Part shown: one piece after another, positions 1-9,450 of the stretch
Numbering within the stretch: the first letter of the stretch is position 1
How the letters are laid out: every line of letters begins with the position of its first letter
Assembly: GCA_963801165.1 (NCBI GenBank)
Contig: CAWDDT010000010.1
Coordinates: 192,001 to 256,000, forward strand
DNA: 64,000 nucleotides
Origin: an uncultured bacterium
Lineage (GTDB): Bacteria > Actinomycetota > Acidimicrobiia > Spongiisociales > UBA5794
Reading direction: 5' to 3'
Made by a program: the position numbers and the translations under genes
Notes under the pieces: model-generated
Database searches by the model: none
Told to the model about the DNA's origin: nothing
What the model saw: the letters and a program-made list of their open reading frames with translations, nothing else

Positions 1-674
1 CCATCACCGCATATCGCAACGGCAATTTCGGCCGGATCTACGACTTGCCGGAGCGGGTAATCGCTGCGGAGTACCTCGCCGGGCCGGCGCCGTCGCGAGA
101 AGAGGCCTATCGGGAGCTGTTGCGGCTGAGCGCCAAGCATCACGGAGTCGGCACCGCCGCAGATCTCGGTGACTACTACCGGCTCCACATGCCGACGGTG
201 CGCCCGCTACTGAGGGCCATGGTCGCCGATGGCGACCTCGAGGAGGTGCGGGTCGAGGGGTGGAAGCAGCCCGCCTTCGTCCATCCGGGTGCGAAGCTGC
301 CCCGGCGGATCTCGAGCGCGGCGCTGCTGAGCCCGTTCGACCCTGTTGTCTGGGAGCGCGATCGAACCGAGCGGCTATTCGGCTTCTTTTACCGTATCGA
401 GATCTACGTGCCTGAACCGCAACGGGTCCACGGCTACTACGTGTTGCCGTTTCTCCTCGACGACCGGCTCGTGGCGCGTGTCGATCTCAAATCGGATCGC
501 AAGAACGGCGTGCTCCTCGTGAAGGGCTCGTATCACGAGGAATCGGCTGACCCTGAAGAGGTGGCCGGTCGGCTGGATCCGGAGCTCAGGGCATTGAGCG
601 AATGGCTCGGGCTCAGCGAAGTTGTCGTTCACGCCAATGGGAATCTGGCGTCGTTTCTCGGCGGGACGAGTTAG
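1..674 (+). CDS. YcaQ/AlkZ-like winged-helix crosslink-repair DNA glycosylase family protein (5'-truncated by window edge)
   Basis: Frame open from the window start (..FGRIYDLPERV..). Motifs LLSPFDPVVWERDR, YRIEIYVP..R.HGYYVLPFL and RVDLK are typical of the YcaQ family. Confidence 0.85.
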   Translation, partial: ITAYRNGNFGRIYDLPERVIAAEYLAGPAPSREEAYRELLRLSAKHHGVGTAADLGDYYRLHMPTVRPLLRAMVADGDLEEVRVEGWKQPAFVHPGAKLPRRISSAALLSPFDPVVWERDRTERLFGFFYRIEIYVPEPQRVHGYYVLPFLLDDRLVARVDLKSDRKNGVLLVKGSYHEESADPEEVAGRLDPELRALSEWLGLSEVVVHANGNLASFLGGTS

Positions 675-1831
675 ATCCCACCGTCCTCGACGTATATGGC
701 CGCAACCCGGAAATGAGTGGAGAGCTCGTATTCCGCTCCCGTCTTCCACTCCTTGAAGAAGAGATCGTTGGTTTCTCCCGATTGCAGTATGAGAACCTGG
801 CCGGTTGGAGACACTCCAACGACACGCGCAGGTTGATCGACTGATGTGATGCGTGTGGATCGAGAATTCACGGCCCGAGCAAGGATTGACGTGTGCCCGT
901 CCTCCTGCGGTGTGACCGCAATCGCCCAATCGCCGGCCGGAGTGATTATGTAGTCGGAAGCGCCCACATCGAGGCTCGGCAGCGCGGTCGTCGACCCGTC
1001 GGCATTCAGCACGGACGGGGCGCCGTTCCCATCGGTAACGAGCAGCGTTCCGTCGTTTGCAGCGTCCAGTACTTCTCCTTCAGCGGTACGGACCGGGACG
1101 CCATTCGGGTCGAAGATGTGGATGGTTTCGGACAACACGACTGCAAAACCCCAATCGCCCCACGCGGCCAGGGAGGCGTCGGAGAACGGAACGGAGAATT
1201 CCAGCAGCGGCACGATCTCATGTGACGTCTCCGCAGCGGATATGTCGACGGTCCTGATCACGGTCTCGTCAGAGCCCTGGTCCGATTCGACCCAGGCGAA
1301 CAAGTCGGGATCGCTCGGATGCCAGAGACCGCCGCCGCCGAGATATTGAGGATTGCCACCAAGGGCGATGTCGACAATGGTCCCGCCGGTTCCCTCGACC
1401 GAGATTCTCGTCCCGTCCGAATTCACCGCGGCCGCCGCCGCTGCGGAGAACTCTGCATTGAACGAAGGCGTCGCCAGGTTGGGATGCCAGACGCCGGCTC
1501 TTGCGCCGGTGTCGGAGAGGATGACGAGAGTGAGCCCCCGGGCGGCGAAGGGAACAGCGTCCTCGAGCGTGGGTGGCCGCGGGAGAGAGGTGGTCGTAGC
1601 TGGTTGCGCCTCCTGGGAGAGGGGAGGCCTTGTTGTTCCCGCTGCGGCGTGGTCTGGTGCGCGCTGACCGAGACCGACCGCGACCACTGCAAACGCGACA
1701 GCTCCCAGCGCGATGACGAACAGTGGTGCAATCCGTCGTCGCCGTTGCGGCGGCTCCGGCTGCGGCGCGTCTGTATCGAGATCATCGACGGGGAGAGGTC
1801 GAATCTTCGACCCAGAATCCCTTGCCTCCAT
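671..1831 (-). CDS. Membrane-anchored hypothetical protein with a probable beta-propeller-like extracellular domain
   Basis: Arg-rich stretch, then one TM helix, a Pro/Thr linker and a beta-rich domain. ATG 1831 follows a TACGCT -10-like box. Confidence 0.6.
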   Translation of the reverse strand: MEARDSGSKIRPLPVDDLDTDAPQPEPPQRRRRIAPLFVIALGAVAFAVVAVGLGQRAPDHAAAGTTRPPLSQEAQPATTTSLPRPPTLEDAVPFAARGLTLVILSDTGARAGVWHPNLATPSFNAEFSAAAAAAVNSDGTRISVEGTGGTIVDIALGGNPQYLGGGGLWHPSDPDLFAWVESDQGSDETVIRTVDISAAETSHEIVPLLEFSVPFSDASLAAWGDWGFAVVLSETIHIFDPNGVPVRTAEGEVLDAANDGTLLVTDGNGAPSVLNADGSTTALPSLDVGASDYIITPAGDWAIAVTPQEDGHTSILARAVNSRSTRITSVDQPARVVGVSPTGQVLILQSGETNDLFFKEWKTGAEYELSTHFRVAAIYVEDGGI

Positions 1832-1920
1832 TGGCAACCAAGCGTAACCGCTGTGAGCATCGGCGTCTACGGCCCGGCTATCGTTCGCGGAAGTTGTCAG
1901 ACCAGAGATGAGGTAGCGCG

Positions 1921-2820
1921 ATGGTGAGCTTCGAGGGTCGGGTGGCGGTGGTCACCGGTGCCGGCGGGGGTTTGGGAAGGGAGCACGCGCTGCTGCTGGC
2001 CGGGCGCGGAGCAGCTGTTGTCGTCAACGATCTCGGCGGGTCTGTGTCGGGGGAGGGGTCCGACTCGTCCGCTGCCGATCGCGTGGTCTCCGAGATCACA
2101 GAGTCGGGCGGGTCTGCTGTTGCCGAGCATTCTTCGGTGGCCGATCCGGCCGGCGGCGAGGCGATCGTGGCACGGGCTCTCGAGACCTTTGGCCGTCTCG
2201 ACATCGTCATCAACAACGCCGGCATCCTTCGGGACAAGAGCTTTGCGAACCTCACTCCGGATCTAGTGAATCCGGTGCTCGACGTGCATCTCGGAGGAGC
2301 CTTCAACGTGACCCGGCCCGCCTTTGCTCATATGAAGGAGCAAGGTTACGGACGCATTCTGTTCACAACCAGCGGCTCGGGGCTGATGGGCAACTTTGGC
2401 CAGGCCAATTACGGAGCGGCCAAGATGGGTCTGATCGGTCTCATGAATGTGCTCAAGATCGAGGGGGCCCGCTACAACATAAAGGTCAACGCCGTTGCCC
2501 CTATCGCCCTCACCCGCATGACCGAAGGTCTGTTCGGCGGAGTTGTCGACCTGTTCGCGCCCGTGCAGGTGTCGCCGGCGGTGGCCTACCTGGTGTCGGA
2601 GGAGTGTGACCTGACAGGGGAGATCTGGTCGGTGGGTGGCGGATCCGTGAGCAGGTTCTTCATCGGCCTCACCGACGGCTATGTCAAACCCGACCGGGAA
2701 GGTCTGCTGACGATCGAAGACGTGGAAGCGCACGTCGAGGAGATCCGCGACGAATCCGCCTACCTCGTGCCGTTCTCCTCGCAGGACGAGTTCGGCAAGC
2801 TCGGTCCGAGGCTGGGCTAG
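1921..2820 (+). CDS. SDR oxidoreductase (MFE-2/3-hydroxyacyl-CoA dehydrogenase-like)
   Basis: TGAGGGLG, VNDLGG, NNAGILRD and NFGQANYGAAK motifs. Confidence 0.9.
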   Translation: MVSFEGRVAVVTGAGGGLGREHALLLAGRGAAVVVNDLGGSVSGEGSDSSAADRVVSEITESGGSAVAEHSSVADPAGGEAIVARALETFGRLDIVINNAGILRDKSFANLTPDLVNPVLDVHLGGAFNVTRPAFAHMKEQGYGRILFTTSGSGLMGNFGQANYGAAKMGLIGLMNVLKIEGARYNIKVNAVAPIALTRMTEGLFGGVVDLFAPVQVSPAVAYLVSEECDLTGEIWSVGGGSVSRFFIGLTDGYVKPDREGLLTIEDVEAHVEEIRDESAYLVPFSSQDEFGKLGPRLG

Positions 2821-3389
2821 TGCTGGTGGCTCCCGAATCCGATGCCACGAAGGACGAGTGGCGCGAGTGGGCCCGTTCGGAGCGAGCCGGCATGAACTGG
2901 AACGACATCTCGCGGCGTGTCGTCGACGAGTTGCAGGGCTGGCTCGAGCCCAATAGCTACCAGACAGTCCTCATCTACCTGCCTCTGATCGACGAGATCG
3001 ATCTGCGCCGGTTGCTCGACGAGGATCGGGAGACGAGGTTCGTAGCCACGAGGACCCCCGAACGTGGTGGCGATCTCAGCGTCCACGAGTTGGGTGGCCC
3101 GCTCGAGGTCCACCGGTTCGGTTTTCTGCAGCCCCACGCAACCGCACCGCGGGTCGGTCCCGACGCCATCGATGTCCTGCTGCTCCCGGGGCTTGTCTTC
3201 GATCTCTACGGGAACCGTCTGGGGCACGGAGCGGGCTATTTCGACCGGCTGCTGGCGACGACCCATGCCGAAGCGAAGTTGGTCGGGGTCGTGCCCGCCG
3301 CCCTGGTCGTCGACCGGTTGCCGGTCGAGCCGCATGACATCCCGGTAGGGTTTCTTGCCACTGAGGAAGGCGTCATCGAGACCGCGTAA
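2820..3389 (+). CDS. 5-formyltetrahydrofolate cyclo-ligase
   Basis: PGLVFD..GNRLGHGAGYFDRLL and P.EPHD motifs. Confidence 0.9.
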   Translation: MLVAPESDATKDEWREWARSERAGMNWNDISRRVVDELQGWLEPNSYQTVLIYLPLIDEIDLRRLLDEDRETRFVATRTPERGGDLSVHELGGPLEVHRFGFLQPHATAPRVGPDAIDVLLLPGLVFDLYGNRLGHGAGYFDRLLATTHAEAKLVGVVPAALVVDRLPVEPHDIPVGFLATEEGVIETA

Positions 3390-3418
3390 CGCCGGCGTGA
3401 GGTTGGCCCGAACCCGTC

Positions 3419-4420
3419 CTAGGACTCGACCGATAGTACCGAATCGGGATTGATGTGGAACGAGATGTCGTCGCCGATCTCGAAACGGCGCCGGCTGGTC
3501 CCGGTGAGTTCGACGTCGTCGACCCTGAACCGGACGGTGTATTCGCCGCTGCGGAATGTGGCTCCGCTCACCGTCCCGGTGTTGGGACCGTCGGAGGCGA
3601 CGGTGACGGCGTGGGGCGGGATCACCAGACGATGCTCGCCGGGGGGCAGCGCCGACTCGAACCGGGTCCATCCGAGATCGGCGGCACCCTCTAGGACCTT
3701 GGCGTCGACGATCGCGGTGAAGCCGAGCATGCGAGCCACGAACTCATTGCGAGGGTCGGCCCATAGGTCCTGCGGGGTCCCCTTGCGGATGAGCCTGCCG
3801 CTATCCATGACGGCCACGGTGTCGGCGATGGCAAAGGCTTCATCTCGATCATGGGTCACATATATGGCCGTAACCGAGAGCTCGGAGAAGATCGCCTTCA
3901 TCTCCGCGGTGAGGTGCTCGCGTAGCGAGCGATCGAGAGCCCCGATCGGCTCGTCGAGGAGGATCAGCCGTGGCGATGGTGCCAGGGTCCTGGCGAGGGC
4001 GACCCGTTGCTGTTCACCGCCCGAGAGTTCGTGGACGAGCCGCTTCTGATAGCCGGCGAGGCCGACGATGTCGAGCACGTGGGCGACGCGCTCTTCCCGG
4101 CGAACCCAGTCCACGTCCTGCATGCGCAGCCCGAACTGGACGTTCCCGGCGACCGACAGGTGCGGAAAGAGCGCATAGTCCTGGAACATGAAGCCGAAGC
4201 CTCGTTCGTGGGGTGGCACGTTGCGCAGGTTGCGGCCGTTCCACGTGACCGTTCCGATGTCGAGATTCTGGAGACCGGCGAGCGAGCGGAGCAGTGTCGT
4301 CTTGCCGCACCCCGACGGTCCCATCACGGCGACTATCTCGGAGTCGTGCACGGTGAGGTTCACCGCGTCGAGAGCATATGTGTCACCGAAGGTGACGGTG
4401 AGCCGGAGGCCTTGCAGCAT
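3419..4420 (-). CDS. thiQ: Thiamine ABC transporter ATP-binding subunit
   Basis: GPSGCGKT, FQDYALFPH, LSGGEQQR and LLDEP motifs; last gene of the TPP-riboswitch operon. Confidence 0.8.
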   Translation of the reverse strand: MLQGLRLTVTFGDTYALDAVNLTVHDSEIVAVMGPSGCGKTTLLRSLAGLQNLDIGTVTWNGRNLRNVPPHERGFGFMFQDYALFPHLSVAGNVQFGLRMQDVDWVRREERVAHVLDIVGLAGYQKRLVHELSGGEQQRVALARTLAPSPRLILLDEPIGALDRSLREHLTAEMKAIFSELSVTAIYVTHDRDEAFAIADTVAVMDSGRLIRKGTPQDLWADPRNEFVARMLGFTAIVDAKVLEGAADLGWTRFESALPPGEHRLVIPPHAVTVASDGPNTGTVSGATFRSGEYTVRFRVDDVELTGTSRRRFEIGDDISFHINPDSVLSVES

Positions 4421-6063
4421 CAGAAATCACCGAGGCCTTCGGTGCGCGACCGCTCGATGGCGAAGATGGTGACGGTCGTGGCGACCATCAGGATGGTGCT
4501 GAGTGCCATGGCGCTGCTGAAGCTCTCCGTTCCGGGTCTGCCCAGAAGCCGGAAGATAGCGGTTGGCAAGGTCGGGTTGCTCGGCAGCGCCAGGAATGAT
4601 GTTGCGCCGAACTCCCCGAGAGACACTGCAAAAGCGAATCCGGCGCCGATCAGCGCTGCCCTGGTGACGAGGGGCAGATCGATTTCTCGCCATACCCGAT
4701 TTGGAGGCGCCCCCAGCATGGCAGCGGCTTCCCGCAGGCGGTGACGCACCGATCGCATCACGGGCACCGCGGTGCGCACCACGAACGGTATGGCCACCAT
4801 CGAGTGGGCAATCGGGATGATCCAGATGGAGGTACGGAGATCGATCGGTGCGTCGAAAGCCAGGAGGAAGCCAAAGCCAAGGGTCACCGCCGACGTACCG
4901 AGAGGCAGCATCAGCAGCGCATCGAAAGAGCGGGACAGCCAGCCTCTGCGGTAGGCGATGACTGTAGCGGCGGCCAATCCGATGGCGACGGCGAGCAGCG
5001 TGGCCACAACGGCGAACCGGGCTGAGTTCCAGATGGCGGTGGTAGCCGGAGCCGCCATCCCGGCGACGCGCTCATTCAGGTTCCGGTAGGCGGCCAGGGT
5101 GTAGCCATTTGCGGAGCGGAACGACCGGTCGATGAGAACAAACAGGGGCGTTCCCAACAGCAGCAGCATGAACAGTAGGTTGGCCAGAACGGTGAGACGT
5201 TCCCGCCTGCTCTGCATTGGCTTCGCTGCGGCCGCGACGCTGTGTTCGAACTCGACGGAACGTCGTTCCTGGTAGCGGGAGTAGAGAAACAGAATCAGTG
5301 TGATCCCGATGATCTGGAGCAAAGCGAGTGCCGCGGCGACGTTGAAATCGAGTAGACCGGTCGCCTGGCGCCAGATCTCGACATCGAGCGTGGAGTACTG
5401 GAGGCCACCGAGGATGAGGATGATCCCAAACGACGTGAAGGTGAATAGGAACACCAGGGAGGCGGCGGAGGCGAGTGCAGGACGCAGCAGGGGAAGAGTG
5501 ACCCGCCAGAAGACACGGAACCGGGTCGCCCCGAGCATGGCTCCTGCCTCCTCGAGTGCCGGATCGAGTCTCTCCCAGTACGTCGAGACGGTCCGTACCA
5601 CGATCGAGTAGTTGAAGAAAACGTGGGCGAGCAGGATGGCCCAGATCGTATGGCGAAGGTCGATGCCGACGGGTCCGCTCGGTCCGAGCAACGCGAGGAA
5701 AGCGCTGCCCACTACCACCGTGGGGAGGACAAAGGGCACGACTATCGCCGCTCGCACGAAACGTTTCCCGCGGAACTCGTAGCGCGCCAGCACGTGTGCA
5801 GCGGGCAGTGCTGCCACCACGGTCAGGATTGTGGATGCGGTGGCTTGCCACAGCGTGAACCAGGCGACATCGAGCAAGGCGGGCCGCCGGAACACCGAAT
5901 CGATCGGGCCGAAGTCGAGACGGCCGTCTGCAGTGAACCCGGTGGCGAGAACCGAGAGTAGGGGGTAGGCGAAGAAGTACGCGAGAAAGGCGACGGGGAT
6001 CGCGACCAACGCGATCTTCCCAACTCTCCTCAACGCAGGGTGTCCGTCCACTCGTTGATCCAT
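4420..6063 (-). CDS. thiP: Thiamine ABC transporter permease (two-domain)
   Basis: Two EAA motifs (LEEAGAMLGA, LREAAAMLGA), SLGEFGAT, many TM helices. Confidence 0.85.
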   Translation of the reverse strand: MDQRVDGHPALRRVGKIALVAIPVAFLAYFFAYPLLSVLATGFTADGRLDFGPIDSVFRRPALLDVAWFTLWQATASTILTVVAALPAAHVLARYEFRGKRFVRAAIVVPFVLPTVVVGSAFLALLGPSGPVGIDLRHTIWAILLAHVFFNYSIVVRTVSTYWERLDPALEEAGAMLGATRFRVFWRVTLPLLRPALASAASLVFLFTFTSFGIILILGGLQYSTLDVEIWRQATGLLDFNVAAALALLQIIGITLILFLYSRYQERRSVEFEHSVAAAAKPMQSRRERLTVLANLLFMLLLLGTPLFVLIDRSFRSANGYTLAAYRNLNERVAGMAAPATTAIWNSARFAVVATLLAVAIGLAAATVIAYRRGWLSRSFDALLMLPLGTSAVTLGFGFLLAFDAPIDLRTSIWIIPIAHSMVAIPFVVRTAVPVMRSVRHRLREAAAMLGAPPNRVWREIDLPLVTRAALIGAGFAFAVSLGEFGATSFLALPSNPTLPTAIFRLLGRPGTESFSSAMALSTILMVATTVTIFAIERSRTEGLGDF

Positions 6064-7109
6064 CTCTCCCTATTCTGTTCGATAGTCTCCACGGCAACTG
6101 TCACCGGGGCAACCGGCACTGGCGAGAAATCGGTGAACACCTGGGGTACTTTCGCCTCAGAGTTGGCTGGAAACACGAACATGTTGAGCGGAATGTCCTC
6201 CTGGACCGGCACCGACAGCAAGAAGTCGACCAGCTTGGCAGCAGCGTCTTGATGGGCCGTGCCGGCGAGAATCCCTGCATATTCGACCTGTCGGAAGCAT
6301 CCATTGAGCAGCGATCCGGTTGGTGCGTCGGCGGGTGGTGGATCGGTGAAGTAGACCCCGACCGCCGGGGACGACGCGTATGAGACGACCAGAGGGCGTT
6401 CCCCACCCTCGCCGCCGCCCGAGAAGTCGCTGTAATAGGCCTCTTCCCAACCCGACGCGACCGCGACTCCGTTGTTCTTCAGATCGCTCCAGTAGTCCAT
6501 CCACGTGTAGTCGCCATCCTCGCCAAACGTGGCAATGGTGGCGAGCAGGAACGCCATTCCGGGCGATGAGCTTGCCGGGTCCTCCACCGCCAGCATGTCG
6601 CGGTAGCCGGGGTCCGTGAGATCAGCCAATGTCTCAGGTGGGGGAGTCGCCGTGAATGCCGCCTTGTCGTAGTTGACGCAGACGTCGCCGAAGTCGATGG
6701 GAGTGACGTGGGGATCGGTCATCAGGCTGTCCGGCACCGAGCTGAGCAGGGGCGACTGGTATTCGAGGAAGATACCTTCGCTGAGGGCGCGGGAAAGGAA
6801 CGTGTTGTCCACCCCGTAAAGGACGTCGGCGATGGGGTTGTCCTTGGTCAGGATGGCCTGGCTGAGCATCGTGCCGGCGTCACCGGACTCGAGCACGGTG
6901 ACTGTGATGCCCGTCTGCTCCGTGAAGGTGTCAAGCATGCCGTCGGACAGCGCAAATGAGTCGTGGGTCATCAGGGTCAGGTGGTCGCCGGGCGTCTCCT
7001 CGGTGCTGGTGCTTGTCTGGTCTGTGCCGGGGACGGCTCGCTCTCCTGTATTCCCGCACGCGGCAGCGAGCAAGGTCAGCGGCAGGAGCATGATGAGATA
7101 GCGGCGCAC
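6030..7109 (-). CDS. thiB: Thiamine ABC transporter substrate-binding lipoprotein
   Basis: Lipobox LAAAC; THDSF, GVDNTFL, GWEEAY, VVSYASSP and CFRQVEYAG motifs. Confidence 0.9.
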   Translation of the reverse strand: MRRYLIMLLPLTLLAAACGNTGERAVPGTDQTSTSTEETPGDHLTLMTHDSFALSDGMLDTFTEQTGITVTVLESGDAGTMLSQAILTKDNPIADVLYGVDNTFLSRALSEGIFLEYQSPLLSSVPDSLMTDPHVTPIDFGDVCVNYDKAAFTATPPPETLADLTDPGYRDMLAVEDPASSSPGMAFLLATIATFGEDGDYTWMDYWSDLKNNGVAVASGWEEAYYSDFSGGGEGGERPLVVSYASSPAVGVYFTDPPPADAPTGSLLNGCFRQVEYAGILAGTAHQDAAAKLVDFLLSVPVQEDIPLNMFVFPANSEAKVPQVFTDFSPVPVAPVTVAVETIEQNRERWINEWTDTLR

Positions 7110-7110
7110 G

Positions 7111-7758
7111 TCAATTCCTTTCCTGGATTGTCAGAACGTGCCCACCCGCAACGGCAACCTGTGCTTCCTCGGCGACGATCTCGTTGCTGACGCCTCGTGT
7201 CGAGCCCGCCTGGAGTGCGATGCCGTCGAGCGGCCAGCGGAGACCGGTAGCCGTGCAGAATGCGGTTCCGCCGACCGCGATCACAGACAGCACCGCACCG
7301 TCGCTCTTTTGGAAGACCCTGTGGTCACCGGCGCGGAGCGGGACGATTACGGCTTGCCCGGTCAGCCACTCGAGGGCGACGGGGTGATCGCCGAGCAAGA
7401 TCATGGCGTTGGCCAGCGTGTGCGCCATCCTGCCGCCCGTGCCACCGATGATGGTGGCCCTGGAGAAGCCGGCCCGTGCCGCGGCCGCGATGGCGAGTTC
7501 CAGATCGGTAGCGTCTTTGTCGATCGGATGGCGCTCGATGACGACGCCGGCAGCGGACGCTCGCTCCAGCGCCGCGGCGGTGACCGAGTCCATGTCGCCG
7601 ACGACGAGGTCTGGCTCGATGCCGAGTTCGTACGCCTGGTCGAGACCGGAATCCGCTGCAACTACCCAGACGGGCACGTCGAGCCGTGTGAGCAACCCGG
7701 AGCCGACCTGCTCGCCGCCCGCAATTATCAATGCCGATTCTGGCTTTGCGTCTTCCAC
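7111..7758 (-). CDS. thiN: Thiamine diphosphokinase
   Basis: AADSGL, VGDMDS, DKDATDLELA, GGRMAH, GLRWPL and GVSN motifs. Confidence 0.9.
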   Translation of the reverse strand: MEDAKPESALIIAGGEQVGSGLLTRLDVPVWVVAADSGLDQAYELGIEPDLVVGDMDSVTAAALERASAAGVVIERHPIDKDATDLELAIAAAARAGFSRATIIGGTGGRMAHTLANAMILLGDHPVALEWLTGQAVIVPLRAGDHRVFQKSDGAVLSVIAVGGTAFCTATGLRWPLDGIALQAGSTRGVSNEIVAEEAQVAVAGGHVLTIQERN

Positions 7759-7760
7759 AC

Positions 7761-7872
7761 GCTTCCTCCGCTGGCATGACCCAGATCAGGTTCCACGGGT
7801 CGGTGGCGTTCCGAGCGCTGGCTCGACCGGCCACCCTCTCAGTCCGGCGTTCCCGAACTCCCCGGGGTGGGG
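7761..7872 (-). ncRNA. TPP riboswitch
   Basis: Minus strand reads GGGGAG..CTGAGAG..GACCCGTGGAACCTGATCTGGGTCATGCCAGCGGAGG, the TPP aptamer consensus, directly upstream of the thiamine genes. Confidence 0.95.
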
Positions 7873-7931
7873 ATGAAATCACCCTAACACTTCGGGTTGG
7901 TGCCGACGGTCGCCGCGACCTGCCGCGACCC

Positions 7932-8005
7932 TGTCAAGACCCTGCCGCGACTCTATTGACAACGCGACTGCACTGTGACATCATAGTGCTGTCAAGATAG
8001 TGTCA
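7932..8005 (+). promoter_or_regulatory. Promoter (TTGACA at 7956) with clustered TGACA/TGTCA half-sites; putative operator
   Basis: TGTCA at 7932, 7990 and 8001; TGACA at 7957 and 7976; TGACA-N9-TGTCA palindrome at 7976-7994. Confidence 0.45.
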
Positions 8006-8038
8006 TCCGGGAAAACCGGTGAGACAGAGGAGGGCAAG

Positions 8039-8176
8039 ATGATGTGGGCAAACAACCCCGAGATCCTGAGGGAGCTTCACCAGGAGCGGGTTCGCCAGAT
8101 GCGGCGGACTATGCGGCGGCCACGTTTGAAGCTGATTGCGATGGAGCGAGAAGCCGACGCCACCGGTGACAATTGA
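8039..8176 (+). CDS. Small 45-aa ORF (MMWANNPEILRELHQERVRQMRRTMRRPRLKLIAMEREADATGDN)
   Basis: Strong SD GAGGAGG just upstream; fills the gap between the promoter and the RHH gene; below the ORF-track cutoff. Confidence 0.55.
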   Translation: MMWANNPEILRELHQERVRQMRRTMRRPRLKLIAMEREADATGDN

Positions 8177-8201
8177 AGTACTGTCATCCGACGGAGGAAG
8201 A

Positions 8202-8645
8202 ATGAACACAGAAGCGATAGCAGCCAAGCTGGAGGACCAGCTGGTGGCGGCGGGCCGGATAGCCGGAGGCGATCCTGCTGCGGAGTTGATTGTCGATGCG
8301 CTGGTCACGTCATTGGGGCCGGCCATTCGCCAGGCTGTCACGGATCTGGTGGAGCAAGCAGCCACTGAGATCGGGGCTCAGTTGCCCGCCGGCCGGGTCG
8401 AAGTCCTACTCAACGAGGGGGAGCCGTCGCTCGTATACCGCAGCGAGGAGCCGGAAGCTTCGTTCAGCACAGAGGACCTCGAAGCGCGGATGACGGTGCG
8501 TCTTCCGAGCAATCTCAAGGCTGCTCTCGAGGAAGCGGCTGACCGCACCGGCGACTCGGTGAACAGCTTCGTGTTGAAGACTCTGGTCTCGGGCACGAAC
8601 CGTGGCAAGCGTGGTCGTCGGGTCGTGGAAACGTTCGAGACATGA
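8202..8645 (+). CDS. Ribbon-helix-helix (HicB/DUF1778-like) DNA-binding protein
   Basis: C-terminal ARMTVRLPSNLKAALEEAA..GDSVNSF RHH motif; SD GGAGG before ATG 8202. Confidence 0.8.
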   Translation: MNTEAIAAKLEDQLVAAGRIAGGDPAAELIVDALVTSLGPAIRQAVTDLVEQAATEIGAQLPAGRVEVLLNEGEPSLVYRSEEPEASFSTEDLEARMTVRLPSNLKAALEEAADRTGDSVNSFVLKTLVSGTNRGKRGRRVVETFET

Positions 8646-9403
8646 GAGATCGCATCGAGACATTTCAGGTCGGGGCCTCGGTTCGGGTGGTAGCAGGCAC
8701 ACGCAGCGGGGACATCGCTGTGGTGGTCGGCTCACCCGGAACGGTGCAGGTCGCCATGGACGGTGCCGGTGCAGAGTCCTTTCAGATCGACCAGATAGGG
8801 GACGTGATCACCGTGGACTCGAAGCGCAAGGGTATCTTCAGCTCGTCGACCGACATCGTGCTGACCGTTCCTTCAAGCACCAGACTCGAGCTTTCGTGCA
8901 CGTCGGGTGATATCGATGTCCAGGGAGACGTCGAAGAACTACGGGCCTCGGTGGCAAGCGGGGACGTTCGTGCCGAGACGGTTCGCTCCGTCTGTCACGT
9001 CAACTCGGCTTCCGGTGACATCACGATCGGCGCGGCAGGCGATGTCGAGATCAACACCGCATCCGGAACCGTCCGCGTCGACAGGGTCGCGCACAACCTC
9101 CGGCTCAACTCAGCGAGCGGCGACGTGTACATCGATGAGATTGGCGACACCTCGCGGTCCAAGGTAGCCAGCAGCACAGTCCGTATTGGAGCGTTCCAGG
9201 GTACTGAGGTGCGCCACAAGTCGATGTCGGGCGATCTGTACCTCGGTATCCCGCGGCGCCGCAGCGTGGAGCTCGACTTCGCCAGTCTCTCGGGGAGACT
9301 CCGCAACCACATCTCCAAGGGCGACGGTGGTCCTTCCGAGAAGTTGCTGGTTGTATCGGTAAATGCAGTTTCCGGCGACCTGATTCTGCAAGACGCCAAC
9401 TGA
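8642..9403 (+). CDS. DUF4097-family beta-strand repeat protein
   Basis: Repeated (T/S)xSGD(I/V) motifs; ATGA overlap with the RHH gene. Confidence 0.85.
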   Translation: MRDRIETFQVGASVRVVAGTRSGDIAVVVGSPGTVQVAMDGAGAESFQIDQIGDVITVDSKRKGIFSSSTDIVLTVPSSTRLELSCTSGDIDVQGDVEELRASVASGDVRAETVRSVCHVNSASGDITIGAAGDVEINTASGTVRVDRVAHNLRLNSASGDVYIDEIGDTSRSKVASSTVRIGAFQGTEVRHKSMSGDLYLGIPRRRSVELDFASLSGRLRNHISKGDGGPSEKLLVVSVNAVSGDLILQDAN

Positions 9404-9450
9404 GTCGACCTGGTCGGAGGGCGACGGCGTACGGCGGGCCGCTATCCTCG

